A stretch of 64,000 bases of DNA from Candidatus Latescibacterota bacterium. Its GTDB lineage: Bacteria; Latescibacterota; UBA2968; UBA8231. Within the stretch, counting starts at the first letter, position 1; each line of letters starts with the position of its first letter. The DNA is taken from assembly GCA_965215195.1 (NCBI GenBank), contig CBDCDC010000002.1, positions 1,472,001 through 1,536,000 of the forward strand, in the 5' to 3' direction. Below, piece after piece: positions 20,038 to 29,599 of the stretch. The notes beneath the pieces are model-generated. The model searched no databases, was not told the DNA's origin, and saw only the letters and a program-made list of their open reading frames with translations. The translations under genes and the position numbers were made by a program.

Positions 20038-21114
20038 TCAGGCTTCCTCTACGGTTATGGCGCTTAGCTTGTCCGCGTCGATCTCCACGCCCAAACCCGG
20101 CCCTGCAAACGGGTACAAGTAGCTGCCCTCGGCCCGCACCCTTTCCACGGCCGGCGAAGCCGTGTACAGCACCGGCCCCATTGGGTCGCAGGGCAAGTTG
20201 GTGTTGGGCATGGCAATGCCGACGCTGACCTGCGCCGACACCCCCAGCGTCGATTCTTGGTCGGTGCCGATCAGGCAGCGGAACCCGGCCGCTTCCGCGA
20301 GGGCAAAAAGTCGGCGGATATGGGTCGGACCGCCGCAGACGCAGGCCACGTTAAAGGCCGTGCAGGCCCTTTTTTCAATGGCTTCCATGCCCAACTCCAA
20401 GCTGTTGATGTGCCAGCTCACCGGCAGGTCAACGCGCCGCACAAATTCGGCCGAGACCCGCAGACTGCGCGAGGGCTGCTCAAAGTGATAGGGCGCGTGG
20501 TGGCGCAGGACATCGGCGTAGCGGACGGCCGTTTCCCAATCGGCGAAGCGGCCGGAAAAGTCGATGGACTTGAGCTTGAGCCGGTCGTCAAAGCGGCGTT
20601 TGGCCTCGCCGAGGAAGCGGTCGTCGAGCGCACTGTCGCCCGACACATAGTAGCGAAACAGGTGATGGCCCAAGTCGAGCAGCCGCTGGAGATAGCCCAG
20701 CGTGCGCTCGAAGTCGTCTTTTACCTGCCAGCCAAAGATCGGATAGCAGCAATAGAGCCTCTCCCGCATCTTGCCGCCCAACAGCCGATAGGCCGGCACC
20801 CCTTGGGCCTTGCCGTTGAGATCGTAGAGCGCCAGATCAATGGCCGAGGCGAGGTGGAGGTCGGTCACCGAGCTGTGGAAGGCGTGGCCGCGCAACAGCT
20901 CGTTGATCTCGGTAATGGCCCCGGCGTCCCGCCCCACCAACAGCTCGTTGTACTGCCGGGCAATGGCCGCCAAATCCTCGGCGCGACTGTCGGACGCCTC
21001 GCCCCAGCCCATCGGGCCGTCATCGACAAAGACCTTGACCAGCACGTGCCCGGAGATGTGGCCGTAGTAGCGCGGGGTCTCTATCTGCATGGTTTCTACT
21101 TTGGTGATTTTCAC
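20038..21114 (-). CDS. Mandelate racemase/muconate lactonizing enzyme family
   Basis: SAIDLALYDLNGK, LLGG, EQP, GPGLGVEID. Confidence 0.85.
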   Translation of the reverse strand: MKITKVETMQIETPRYYGHISGHVLVKVFVDDGPMGWGEASDSRAEDLAAIARQYNELLVGRDAGAITEINELLRGHAFHSSVTDLHLASAIDLALYDLNGKAQGVPAYRLLGGKMRERLYCCYPIFGWQVKDDFERTLGYLQRLLDLGHHLFRYYVSGDSALDDRFLGEAKRRFDDRLKLKSIDFSGRFADWETAVRYADVLRHHAPYHFEQPSRSLRVSAEFVRRVDLPVSWHINSLELGMEAIEKRACTAFNVACVCGGPTHIRRLFALAEAAGFRCLIGTDQESTLGVSAQVSVGIAMPNTNLPCDPMGPVLYTASPAVERVRAEGSYLYPFAGPGLGVEIDADKLSAITVEEA

Positions 21115-21225
21115 GCCTTGCTCCTTTGCAAGCGGTGGTTGGGCTATTCGTCCTCAGCTAAAAAAGGCCGTGCTGGCGCATCAGCTCGTCCGCCCGCCGG
21201 AGCGAGATACTCGCTTGGCCGTTCA

Positions 21226-22638
21226 TCAGTACAGCATCTCCCGGTAGCTCTGCGCGATCTTCTCGATCGCCACGACGTACGCGGCGGTGCGCAGGTCGCG
21301 CACCTCGTCCTGACTCAAAAACACCTCGCGCATCTCGTTGTACGCTTGCCGCATGGTGTCGTCCAAGCCAGATCGCACCAAGTCCAGCTCATCGGCGCCG
21401 CGCACCAGATCCTGCCGCAGGGTTTCTGGAAGGGGTTTGCCGACCGCCGTCTCAATGGCCTCGACGATGCGCTGTCCGCGCTGCTCGTCGATGCGGCGGT
21501 CCATGCGGCCAAAGCGGATGTGGGACAGGTTCTTGATCCATTCGAAGTAGGAGACCACCACGCCCCCCGCGTTTAGGTAAGCGTCCGGAATGATCACCTT
21601 GCCGCGATCGCGCAGGATTGCGTCCGCCTCAAAAGTGACCGGACCGTTGGCGGCCTCGGCGATCAGCCGCGCTTGGATGCGCTCGGCGTTTTCAGTGGTA
21701 ATCACCGACTCAATGGCCGCCGGGATCAGGATGTCGCAGTCGGCTTCGAGCAGAGCGCTGCCGTCCTCCACGAACTCGGAGTCCCGAAAGCCCGCGCCGC
21801 CGCCCTTTTCGCGGCGATGGGTGGCGAGCTCCTCAATGTTGAGCCCGTCCTCACACACCACGGCCCCCTCGCGCTCGATCAGGGCGACCACCCTCGCGCC
21901 ATCCTCTTCGGACAGGAATTTCGCAGCGTGGTACCCGACGTTGCCCAAGCCCTGGATGATTACGCGCTTGCCCTCCAAGTCTCCATCCATTCCGGCCTTC
22001 CGCACATCTTCTGGATGGCGGAAAAATTCCCGCAGGGCGTACTGCACCCCGCGCCCGGTCGCCTCGGTGCGGCCGTGGATTCCGCTCATGTGAACGGGCT
22101 TGCCGGTGACACAAGCGACGGCGTTGATGTCGTTGGGATACAGGGCGCGGTAGGCATCTGCGATCCACGCCATCTCGCGTGCGCCCGTGCCCATGTCGGG
22201 AGCCGGCACATTGAGGCTGGGGCTGATGTAGCCTTTCTTCGCCAGCTCCATTGTGAACTCACGAGTGATCAGCTCGAGCTCGGCGGCGTCGTAGTCGTGC
22301 GGATCGATCTGCAGGGCCCCCTTAGAGCCCCCGTACGGGACGTCGATGATGGCGCACTTGTAGGTCATCAGGGCGGCGAGGGCCTCAACCTCGTCTTGGT
22401 CGGCGATCGGCGCATAGCGGATGCCGCCTTTCACTGGCAGGCGGTGCTCGCTGTGGACGGCGCGCCAGCCGGTGAAGACCCGAAACCCGCCCCGTATGTG
22501 AACGGGGAAGCTGACTTGGAACACCGAGTGGCACGTCCTGATCTGGTCGACGAGTCCCGGCTCGAGCTCCATCGTGGCGGCGGCCGCCTCAAACATCCGG
22601 TCGACGCTGCCTTTGAACGACTTTCTTGGCTCTTTCAA
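21226..22638 (-). CDS. gdhA: Glutamate dehydrogenase (Glu/Leu/Phe/Val family)
   Basis: KGGIRY, GGSKG, VPAPDMGT, QGLGNVG, AEAANGP, NAGGVVVSYFEW; start estimated. Confidence 0.88.
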   Translation of the reverse strand: MKEPRKSFKGSVDRMFEAAAATMELEPGLVDQIRTCHSVFQVSFPVHIRGGFRVFTGWRAVHSEHRLPVKGGIRYAPIADQDEVEALAALMTYKCAIIDVPYGGSKGALQIDPHDYDAAELELITREFTMELAKKGYISPSLNVPAPDMGTGAREMAWIADAYRALYPNDINAVACVTGKPVHMSGIHGRTEATGRGVQYALREFFRHPEDVRKAGMDGDLEGKRVIIQGLGNVGYHAAKFLSEEDGARVVALIEREGAVVCEDGLNIEELATHRREKGGGAGFRDSEFVEDGSALLEADCDILIPAAIESVITTENAERIQARLIAEAANGPVTFEADAILRDRGKVIIPDAYLNAGGVVVSYFEWIKNLSHIRFGRMDRRIDEQRGQRIVEAIETAVGKPLPETLRQDLVRGADELDLVRSGLDDTMRQAYNEMREVFLSQDEVRDLRTAAYVVAIEKIAQSYREMLY

Positions 22639-22893
22639 ACTAGACCTCGCAGCGACCCTTTTTTGTGCATCTCTCCAACCTCTACTCTTCAATGATGGCC
22701 AGAGTTCGATTTCTCCATGCCGCGTAATATATGGACACCGCGCCGCGCCAAACAAGCACAGCGTACTGGCCTGACGCGCGTTTTCTCAACCACGCGCTCC
22801 GCAGCGGAAACGGCCTCCGACGATGGCTCGAAAGGCGACCCTGACCGCTGAACTCATCGAAGCCCCCATCCTCGTTTGACACGACACTAAGGT

Positions 22894-22946
22894 TTCCGCC
22901 GGGTACGCGGGCAGCTTGCCCGCCAACAGGGACTATTGTTTATCAA
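22894..22946. repeat. 53-bp dispersed intergenic repeat, family C, copy 2
   Basis: 50/53 identical to 6436-6488; contains the GCGGGCAGCTTGCCCGC hairpin. Confidence 0.8.
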
Positions 22947-23180
22947 ATTTATCCATTTTTACGTAATTCAATTTCGCATTCAAGTACGAACGTACCCACA
23001 GGAGGTGTCGCATACTTAGACACGTCGTCTTGGCGTCGTCCACGACACAATGTCGCTACAAGCTATGATCGACAATGAAGGAGTCGAGGCGACAGCAGCT
23101 CAGCTCTTTGCGCGTTTGGAATGAGCGGCTCAATTGCAGGGGATTGATGCGTCGGCTTTTGAGCGGGCGATTTCCACGCT

Positions 23181-23209
23181 GCCCAGCGCTGCGAGCAGCT
23201 CGTCGATTT
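23181..23209. repeat. 29-bp direct repeat of the aminotransferase 3' end
   Basis: GCCCAGCGCTGCGAGCAGCTCGTCGATTT versus 26580-26608 (28/29 identical). Confidence 0.8.
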
Positions 23210-23224
23210 TGTCGCCTCAATCCC

Positions 23225-24820
23225 CTACTGGTCGTAGCGCTCCCGGTACATCGCCCTGAGCGCCTCGGCCTCTTTGGGATCGAGCCCCTTCATCCACGCG
23301 TGCTCTTCTTGGGCGAGCAAGGCCGCCACTTTGGTGCGGTACTTGTGCTCCATGGCTTCGCTCTTGCTCGCGGCCGCTTCGATCGCGGCCGGCAGGAACT
23401 CCATGTAGTAGTGCTTGGCCACTTCGTACATGCCGTGCCAGTGCGTGTAGTCGGGGCCCATCATGCTGGCGCCGTGGCGCGCGCGGCGGCCTTCGTGATG
23501 CCACAGCTCCCAGAACACCCACTGCACCTCGTGTTCAAACGGAGCGTCCGGCTTTAACACCCCGTCGGACTTGAGCTCGTCCATCATCTGTTTGGCCGGG
23601 CGGGCGAACTTCTCGTTGTAGAGGACGACGAGGTCGTCGAACTGCTTGTAGAAATTATCCACGTATGCGTCGCTGTGGCAGTTGAGACAGGCCCCTTTCA
23701 TCTTCTCGCGCCGCTCTTGCCAAGTGACGATCTCCTTTACCCGCCGCGGAACCGTCTTGCTGACGAGTTGTTCGTTCTCCACGACCTTCTCGACCGTCTC
23801 CACGACCTCCCCCGAGTCGGGCAGGGCCCGCGTATCGGGATAGTCTTCCCGGAAGCCGTCCTCAAAGATCACCAAGTTCTGTTTTGTGCTGATAACCGGC
23901 CTCAGAGTCCAGCTAATGCGCTCGCCTACGTCGTGGCTGTTGGCTTCGTACACGCCCTGCGGCGTCATGTAGCTGCTGATGTGACAGGTGGCACACGTTG
24001 GGGCGGCCGAGTAGTCGCGGCCGAGGACCCAGTCGCCATCCTTGTCCAGCGCCATGCGGTCGCGGTTGGCGTAGAAGGCAATGCCGTGCTTGGACTCGTT
24101 GTAGATCTCGATCTGCGGGTGGTCGGGGCCCATGTGGCACTTGCCGCAGTTTTCGGGTGCGCGCGCCAGCTTGGCTTGGAAGGCGTGGCGCGAGTGGCAG
24201 GCGTGGCACGAGCCTTTGGAGCCGTCGGGATTGAGCCGCCCCATGCCGCTGTTGGGCCAAGTGTCGGCGTCGATCACCGGCTTGTTCTCCTTGCCGCTGC
24301 GCACGATAGCGCCGGCCTCGTCGCGCTCAAAGCGCACGATGCTGCCGTGGCACTGCCAGCAGCCATTGACCGCGTCGGCGATGTTGTCCGGCAGACCGGC
24401 CGCTTTCTCGGCGAGCACATTGTCGAGACTGGCCAAAATTTCACCGGCGCGGGCGTGGTGGCTCACCGAGAACTGCTCAAACTCGCGCACGTGACAGGTG
24501 GCGCAGTCCTTTGGCGTCACCAGCGCCGACACCCAAACCCCTTCGTGTTTCCACGCATCTTCGTCGCTGCTGTCAGCCGCATGGCAGTCGAAACATCCCA
24601 CCCCGAGTTCGGCGTGGCGCGACTCCTCCCATTCCATGACCAGCGCCGGGCTGTCTTGGCGGTGACAAGACACGCACGCTTGGTTCGACGACGTCACTAT
24701 CGGCCCGGGATCTTCCTCTTCGCGGGCCAGTCTCGACTCGTGGTAGGCGACGACGAGCAGCGACAGCAGGAACAGGAACGAAAGGGCCGCCACGATGTAG
24801 CGCTTGGCCGTCAGTGTCAT
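23225..24820 (-). CDS. Octaheme cytochrome c, hydroxylamine oxidoreductase (HAO) family
   Basis: Eight CxxCH motifs (CVSCH, CFDCH, CATCH, CWQCH, CHACH, CGKCH, CATCH, CLNCH); GPDHPQIEIYNESKHG; N-terminal TM. Confidence 0.88.
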   Translation of the reverse strand: MTLTAKRYIVAALSFLFLLSLLVVAYHESRLAREEEDPGPIVTSSNQACVSCHRQDSPALVMEWEESRHAELGVGCFDCHAADSSDEDAWKHEGVWVSALVTPKDCATCHVREFEQFSVSHHARAGEILASLDNVLAEKAAGLPDNIADAVNGCWQCHGSIVRFERDEAGAIVRSGKENKPVIDADTWPNSGMGRLNPDGSKGSCHACHSRHAFQAKLARAPENCGKCHMGPDHPQIEIYNESKHGIAFYANRDRMALDKDGDWVLGRDYSAAPTCATCHISSYMTPQGVYEANSHDVGERISWTLRPVISTKQNLVIFEDGFREDYPDTRALPDSGEVVETVEKVVENEQLVSKTVPRRVKEIVTWQERREKMKGACLNCHSDAYVDNFYKQFDDLVVLYNEKFARPAKQMMDELKSDGVLKPDAPFEHEVQWVFWELWHHEGRRARHGASMMGPDYTHWHGMYEVAKHYYMEFLPAAIEAAASKSEAMEHKYRTKVAALLAQEEHAWMKGLDPKEAEALRAMYRERYDQ

Positions 24821-24840
24821 CAGAGCAATCCTCGCGGTTT

Positions 24841-25908
24841 TTAGGGTATATGTCCGGTGTCGAGGCTCTCCCACACGGTCAGGGCGAGGAAGCCGAGAAA
24901 AGCAATTGCGCCCACACACACAGATGCCGTGTCCGAAAAACGCAAGCGCCTTTGCAGATAGCTTTCGATGAACGGCCAGAACAAAAGCGCCACCAGCCCC
25001 GCCGTCATCAGCAACACACTGAGCCGCAGCGAGGTCAGCTTGAGCAGGCGAAAGCTAAAGTAGAAATACCACTCCGGCTTGATGTGCGCCGGCGTTTGCG
25101 CCGGATTGGCCGGCTCGCCCAGACCGGCCGGAAAAATCAGCGCCAGCAGGGTCAGCACGTACATCAGCAGCACGCCGATCAGCAGTTCGGTCGTGGTGTG
25201 GTCGGGCCAGAAGCGAAAGAAGCGCGCCTCGTCTTGAACTTTCTCGCCCTCGAAAACCTGCTCGGTGACCCCCTGCATTCTGACCAGCGTGATGTGCAGC
25301 CCAACGAGGACAAACGCGACAGTGGGCAGCACGCCGATGTGGAGGATGAAAAATCGCGTCAGGGTATTCGCCCCAATCTCCTCGCCACCGCGCAGCATGT
25401 ACGCGGCCACGCCCCCCACCAAGGGCAGCGCTTCGACCAAGTTGGCCGCTACCGTTGCCCCCCAGAAGCTGAGCTGTTCGTAAATGAGCGAGTACCCGGT
25501 AAACCCGAAGGCGAGCGTGGTCAGCAGCAGGCCGATGCCCACCATCCAATTTAGCTGGCGCGGGTGCCGGTACGCAGCGGTGAAGTACACGCGCAGCATG
25601 TGCAGGAATACGGCGACGATCATCAGATTGGAAGCCCACTTGTGCAGCGAGCGGATGTACCAGCCAAAGCGCACCTCGCGCGTGATCGTCTCGACGCTGG
25701 CATAGGCTTCCGCGGGCGAGGGCACGTAGTAGAAGGTCAGGGCGATGCCGGTGAGGACCTGCACGACAAACAGGTACGCCACCGTGCCCCCGAGACAGAA
25801 CCACCACTTCTTGAGGTGATAGGGCACCGGCTCGGCACCGGCATGGCGCACCAACTCCCAGTCGAGCGGAAACAGCTCGCTCCAGCGGCGCTCGCCGGGC
25901 GCGCTCAT
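24841..25908 (-). CDS. Cytochrome b of a Rieske/cyt b complex (b6-like, fused subunit IV region)
   Basis: WFCLGG, IRSLHKW, FLHMLRV, TRFFILH, HIKPEWY. Confidence 0.9.
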   Translation of the reverse strand: MSAPGERRWSELFPLDWELVRHAGAEPVPYHLKKWWFCLGGTVAYLFVVQVLTGIALTFYYVPSPAEAYASVETITREVRFGWYIRSLHKWASNLMIVAVFLHMLRVYFTAAYRHPRQLNWMVGIGLLLTTLAFGFTGYSLIYEQLSFWGATVAANLVEALPLVGGVAAYMLRGGEEIGANTLTRFFILHIGVLPTVAFVLVGLHITLVRMQGVTEQVFEGEKVQDEARFFRFWPDHTTTELLIGVLLMYVLTLLALIFPAGLGEPANPAQTPAHIKPEWYFYFSFRLLKLTSLRLSVLLMTAGLVALLFWPFIESYLQRRLRFSDTASVCVGAIAFLGFLALTVWESLDTGHIP

Positions 25909-26378
25909 CGGGGCGCGTCCACTTCGAGATAGACCACCTGATTTTTGTCGTCCACGACCAATGGAGCCGGGTAAAGGCTCTGCCCGGCATCGGCGGGCGG
26001 CCCCGAGATTGCGACGCCGTCGGCGTTAAAAACGCCGTTGTGGCAGGGGCAGAAGAAGCGCGTCGCGTCGGCTTCCCAATGCACCTTGCACCCCAAGTGG
26101 GGACAGGTTGAGCTAAAGGCCTGAAAGCCGTCCTCGGTGCGCTTGACCAGCACCTCGTTGCCTTCGAGGTCGCGGATGGTGCGCACCGCGTCCATCTCGA
26201 AAGCCTCTACCGGACCGACGAAGATCCGGCGCTTGCGCTTGGCCAGCCCGGTCGGCAAAAGAAAACTCAGGGTCTGACCTGCCAAGGTTCCGTAACTGGC
26301 CAGCAAGCCAGCGCCCATGAGCACCGACGCCAGCCAAGAACGGCGCGAGCTTTTGCCATTGTTGTGCGTATCATTCAT
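25905..26378 (-). CDS. Rieske [2Fe-2S] protein
   Basis: Tat-like SSRRSWL, CPHLGC and CPCHNG boxes. Confidence 0.92.
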   Translation of the reverse strand: MNDTHNNGKSSRRSWLASVLMGAGLLASYGTLAGQTLSFLLPTGLAKRKRRIFVGPVEAFEMDAVRTIRDLEGNEVLVKRTEDGFQAFSSTCPHLGCKVHWEADATRFFCPCHNGVFNADGVAISGPPADAGQSLYPAPLVVDDKNQVVYLEVDAPR

Positions 26379-26555
26379 GGCGCGTCATTTCTCCGATTCG
26401 CTTATTGAAAGTTATAAAGGGCCTTCTGGGGCACTTGGTCAATCCCCGGCCGAGAGCAGTCGCCGCGTCTATACGCATGCAGCGCATTTCCGCAACAGCG
26501 GTCCAAGCTGGCAGACGCGGTCTTTGGCCCTGCCGAATGAGCGCGACCTTCGCAC

Positions 26556-27725
26556 TTAGCGCCTCTGCTTGGCCAAGCGGCCCAGCGCCGCGAGCAGCTC
26601 GTCGATTTCAGCTTCAAGTAGGAAAAAGGCCATGCTGGCGCGCAAGCCTTCGCGCCCGTGCGGCAGCGGCTTGATCACCATATTCCACTCCGCTCGAAGC
26701 ACCTCGCTCAATTCCTCTCCCTTCCATCCCGCCAGCCCAAAGCTGACCAAGGCCGCGGACCGCTGCGGGGAGCGCGGAGTGTAGAGCACTGCGCCTGGGA
26801 TCTGCGCCAGCCCCTCCTTCAGCCGCCCGGCCAACGCCACCGTCCGCGCCCAGATCGCCTCCAGCCCGATGGCCGACAGATACTCGACAGCAAAGGCCCA
26901 AGCCAGCACCAGCGGCCAGCACCAAGGGCCGTACTGAAAGCGCTCGGCCGTCTCGCGCAGCGCAAAGGTGCCGGCCACCGGGTCCAACCATTGTTCGGCC
27001 CGCCCCCCGGCATAGCGCACCTGCACCGCGCCGAGGGCCTCCTGCCGCACGTAGAGCAACCCGGCTGCATACGGCGCGTACATCCACTTATAGGAGAGCA
27101 CACCGGCAAAGTCGCACCCCAGCGCGTGCAAGTCCAAAGGGTACAGCCCGGCCGAATGCGCCAGATCCAAAAAGCTACGCACCCCCCGCGCCCGCGCTGC
27201 CGCGCAAATCCGCTCCACCGGCAGGCGGAACCCCAAGTCGGTCGTCACGTGGCTCAGGGCCACGAGCTTGGTCCGCTCCCCCAGCCGCTCCGCCACGGCC
27301 TGCACCTGCTCGTCGGCGTCGTCAATCAGCGGCACCTTCACCACCTCAACCCCGTACACATCCCGCAAGTGCAAGGCCGGCAAAAGCAGCGCGGCCTCCT
27401 CGTCCGCGCTGAGTACAATCTCGTCTCCAGCCGCCCACTCCATCCCCCGCACCACCGTCTGAAACCCCTCGCTGACCCCCCGCATCAATGCCAGCTCTCC
27501 AGCCGCCACCCCGAAAAACCGCGCCAGCCGCTCCAGCGCCGCCTTGCGCCGCGGATACTCTTCCTCTGGATAGACGATGTGCAAAGGCCCCCGCCGCACC
27601 ATCTCTTCCGTCCACCGCGCGTACTCAGCGGCCACTGGCACCGGCGCAATGCTCACTCCCCCGTTCTGGAACCAAGTGTACTGCTCCAGCGCGGGGAAGT
27701 CGCGGCGAATCGCTTGGACGTCCAC
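26556..27725 (-). CDS. Class V PLP aminotransferase (cysteine desulfurase-like)
   Basis: IRRDFPAL, LDLAHSAG, SYKWMYAP. Confidence 0.82.
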   Translation of the reverse strand: MDVQAIRRDFPALEQYTWFQNGGVSIAPVPVAAEYARWTEEMVRRGPLHIVYPEEEYPRRKAALERLARFFGVAAGELALMRGVSEGFQTVVRGMEWAAGDEIVLSADEEAALLLPALHLRDVYGVEVVKVPLIDDADEQVQAVAERLGERTKLVALSHVTTDLGFRLPVERICAAARARGVRSFLDLAHSAGLYPLDLHALGCDFAGVLSYKWMYAPYAAGLLYVRQEALGAVQVRYAGGRAEQWLDPVAGTFALRETAERFQYGPWCWPLVLAWAFAVEYLSAIGLEAIWARTVALAGRLKEGLAQIPGAVLYTPRSPQRSAALVSFGLAGWKGEELSEVLRAEWNMVIKPLPHGREGLRASMAFFLLEAEIDELLAALGRLAKQRR

Positions 27726-27730
27726 AGCAT

Positions 27731-28915
27731 TCAATCCGCGGATGCGACGCCGCAATAATCGGCTGCGGCCAGCGCGTACACTTGCGCCGCCCGCTCCAGC
27801 CGATCCACCTCCACCCACTCTACATCCGCGTGCGCCGTCTCGTTTGAGGGGCCGTAGTAAAAGGTCGGCAACCCGGTCCCATGCACGTATAAATTGGCAT
27901 CTCCTACAATCCGCATCCCCACCAACTCGGCCTCTTGGCCGGTCACCTGCTCGTGCGCCCGCCCCACCGCTTGCACGGCCGCATCGTCGGCCGGCGTCTC
28001 AAACGGCTCGCGCTCGTGCTCCATCTCGACCCGCAGGCCCAACCCCCCAGCCTCGGCCAATGGCCGCGCCAAGTCCTCTAACTCCGCCAATACCTCCGCC
28101 GCAGAGCGCCCCGGCAGCCAGCGCCGAGTCCCCGTCAGCGTACAGCAGAGCGGTGTGCGGTTGAAATAGTCGCCCCCGGCCACGATCCCTAGGTCAATTC
28201 GCTCGGCACCGGCCAAGGCGTGGGCCGGCCCGGCGTTGAGCGCGAGCTGGCACTGGTGGATCCGCTCGATGAGCGCACCCACAAAGCGGAGCGGATTGTC
28301 CGCAAAGGGCACGTACTGGGTGTGCTTGCCGCCAGCGGCCGATTCGAGCGCGATGGTAAAGACCATGGACCCCATGCTCATCACCCACAGGGCGTCGCGG
28401 CCCTCGACGATCAAGATCCGGTCGCCGCCAATCCGCCCGCTGTTGCGATCGGCGATCAGGGCCAGCGGCCCGTCCTTTTGCGCCTCGATCTCTTCGTGCC
28501 CCACAATCGCCGTCAACCACAAGTCGCCCTGCAATTCCACCCCGCTTTGCAAGAGCGCCTTGACCGCGCCCAAGGCCGCGGCCATCCCCCCCTTCATGTC
28601 GGTCGCTCCGCGTCCGTACACGCGGTTGCCCTCGCGGCGCGCGGGCGGGCAAGCCCCCACCGGGATGGTGTCGAGATGGCCGTTGAGCATCAGGGAGGGG
28701 CCACCCCCCCGGCCTGCGATGCGGGCGTAGAGGTTGTTGCGCCCTGGACTCACTTCTCGCACATCCACCGCTAAGCCGACCTCGCGCATCATGGCCGCAT
28801 AGGCGCGGCATACTTCGGCTTCGGCCATGGTTACGCTGTACATATCGACCAATTCCCGGGTCCGCTCGGCCACCCATTCTCGGTCGATAGCCGCGATTAA
28901 TTTTTCCATCTGCAT
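27731..28915 (-). CDS. M20 family metallo-hydrolase (ArgE/DapE-like)
   Basis: LNGHLDT, YGRGATDMKGG, GHEE, AHADVE. Confidence 0.88.
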   Translation of the reverse strand: MQMEKLIAAIDREWVAERTRELVDMYSVTMAEAEVCRAYAAMMREVGLAVDVREVSPGRNNLYARIAGRGGGPSLMLNGHLDTIPVGACPPARREGNRVYGRGATDMKGGMAAALGAVKALLQSGVELQGDLWLTAIVGHEEIEAQKDGPLALIADRNSGRIGGDRILIVEGRDALWVMSMGSMVFTIALESAAGGKHTQYVPFADNPLRFVGALIERIHQCQLALNAGPAHALAGAERIDLGIVAGGDYFNRTPLCCTLTGTRRWLPGRSAAEVLAELEDLARPLAEAGGLGLRVEMEHEREPFETPADDAAVQAVGRAHEQVTGQEAELVGMRIVGDANLYVHGTGLPTFYYGPSNETAHADVEWVEVDRLERAAQVYALAAADYCGVASAD

Positions 28916-29026
28916 CGCTCCATTCTCTCGTATAGCCGGGCCTCCTCGTTTGCACCGCCGCTAGGAGGGGCCTTCTTTAGGCCATAATATATCAAGTTTC
29001 AGGATCTTCAGAAGTGAGGAAGTAAT

Positions 29027-29596
29027 ATGCTCAAATTAAAGAATCTCAAGCTCAGGGCTTTCGCTCCATCAAGGAAATGACGTTGGAACTCCGACCGCTC
29101 AATGTTTTGATCGGGGCCAATGGGGCCGGTAAGAGCAATCTCATTGCCTTCTTCAAGTTAGTAAATGAATTAATGGGCGGACGGCTTCAGCAACATATTG
29201 GGACGACTGGGCGGGCCACGGCCAATTTGCATTTTCGCCGAAGGTCTAACAGAGCAGACATTTGCCGATACGGTCTTGAAGCCACATCTAGCGGACCTCG
29301 GCGTCTATATGCAGAAACCGGCGTTGATTGCCCACGCCCGGAAGAAGAATGCAGATTCCCCAATCTCCGCTTTGCAGAGCATTGTCGATGATGCCCAGTC
29401 CCCAGAACTGATTGACGACGGACAACACACGGCTCCATCGAAGCGGATTATCGCCGAATTTCCCGAATACTCGAAGACAACAGTAGGATCGCAGATGGCA
29501 GAACGGATTGGCTTGCAGAACATCCGCTCCAAATGTCCTCACTTTAAGGTGTGGGTTGAGCGACTTGAGAAACTCGGAGCACCGGAGCAGCCGTAA
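29027..29596 (+). pseudogene. Deleted remnant of an AAA/ABC ATPase + DUF4276 gene pair
   Basis: Walker A IGANGAGKSN then an abrupt switch to the DUF4276-like N-terminus (AEGLTEQTF) joined directly to its C-terminus (PELIDDG...APSKRI...KCPHF). Confidence 0.7.
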
Positions 29597-29599
29597 CAG

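Noticed and set aside
20257-21576. Long antisense ORFs (this one, 15519-16613, 23675-24844, 59869-61143 and similar)
   Set aside because: High-GC shadow frames opposite well-supported genes.
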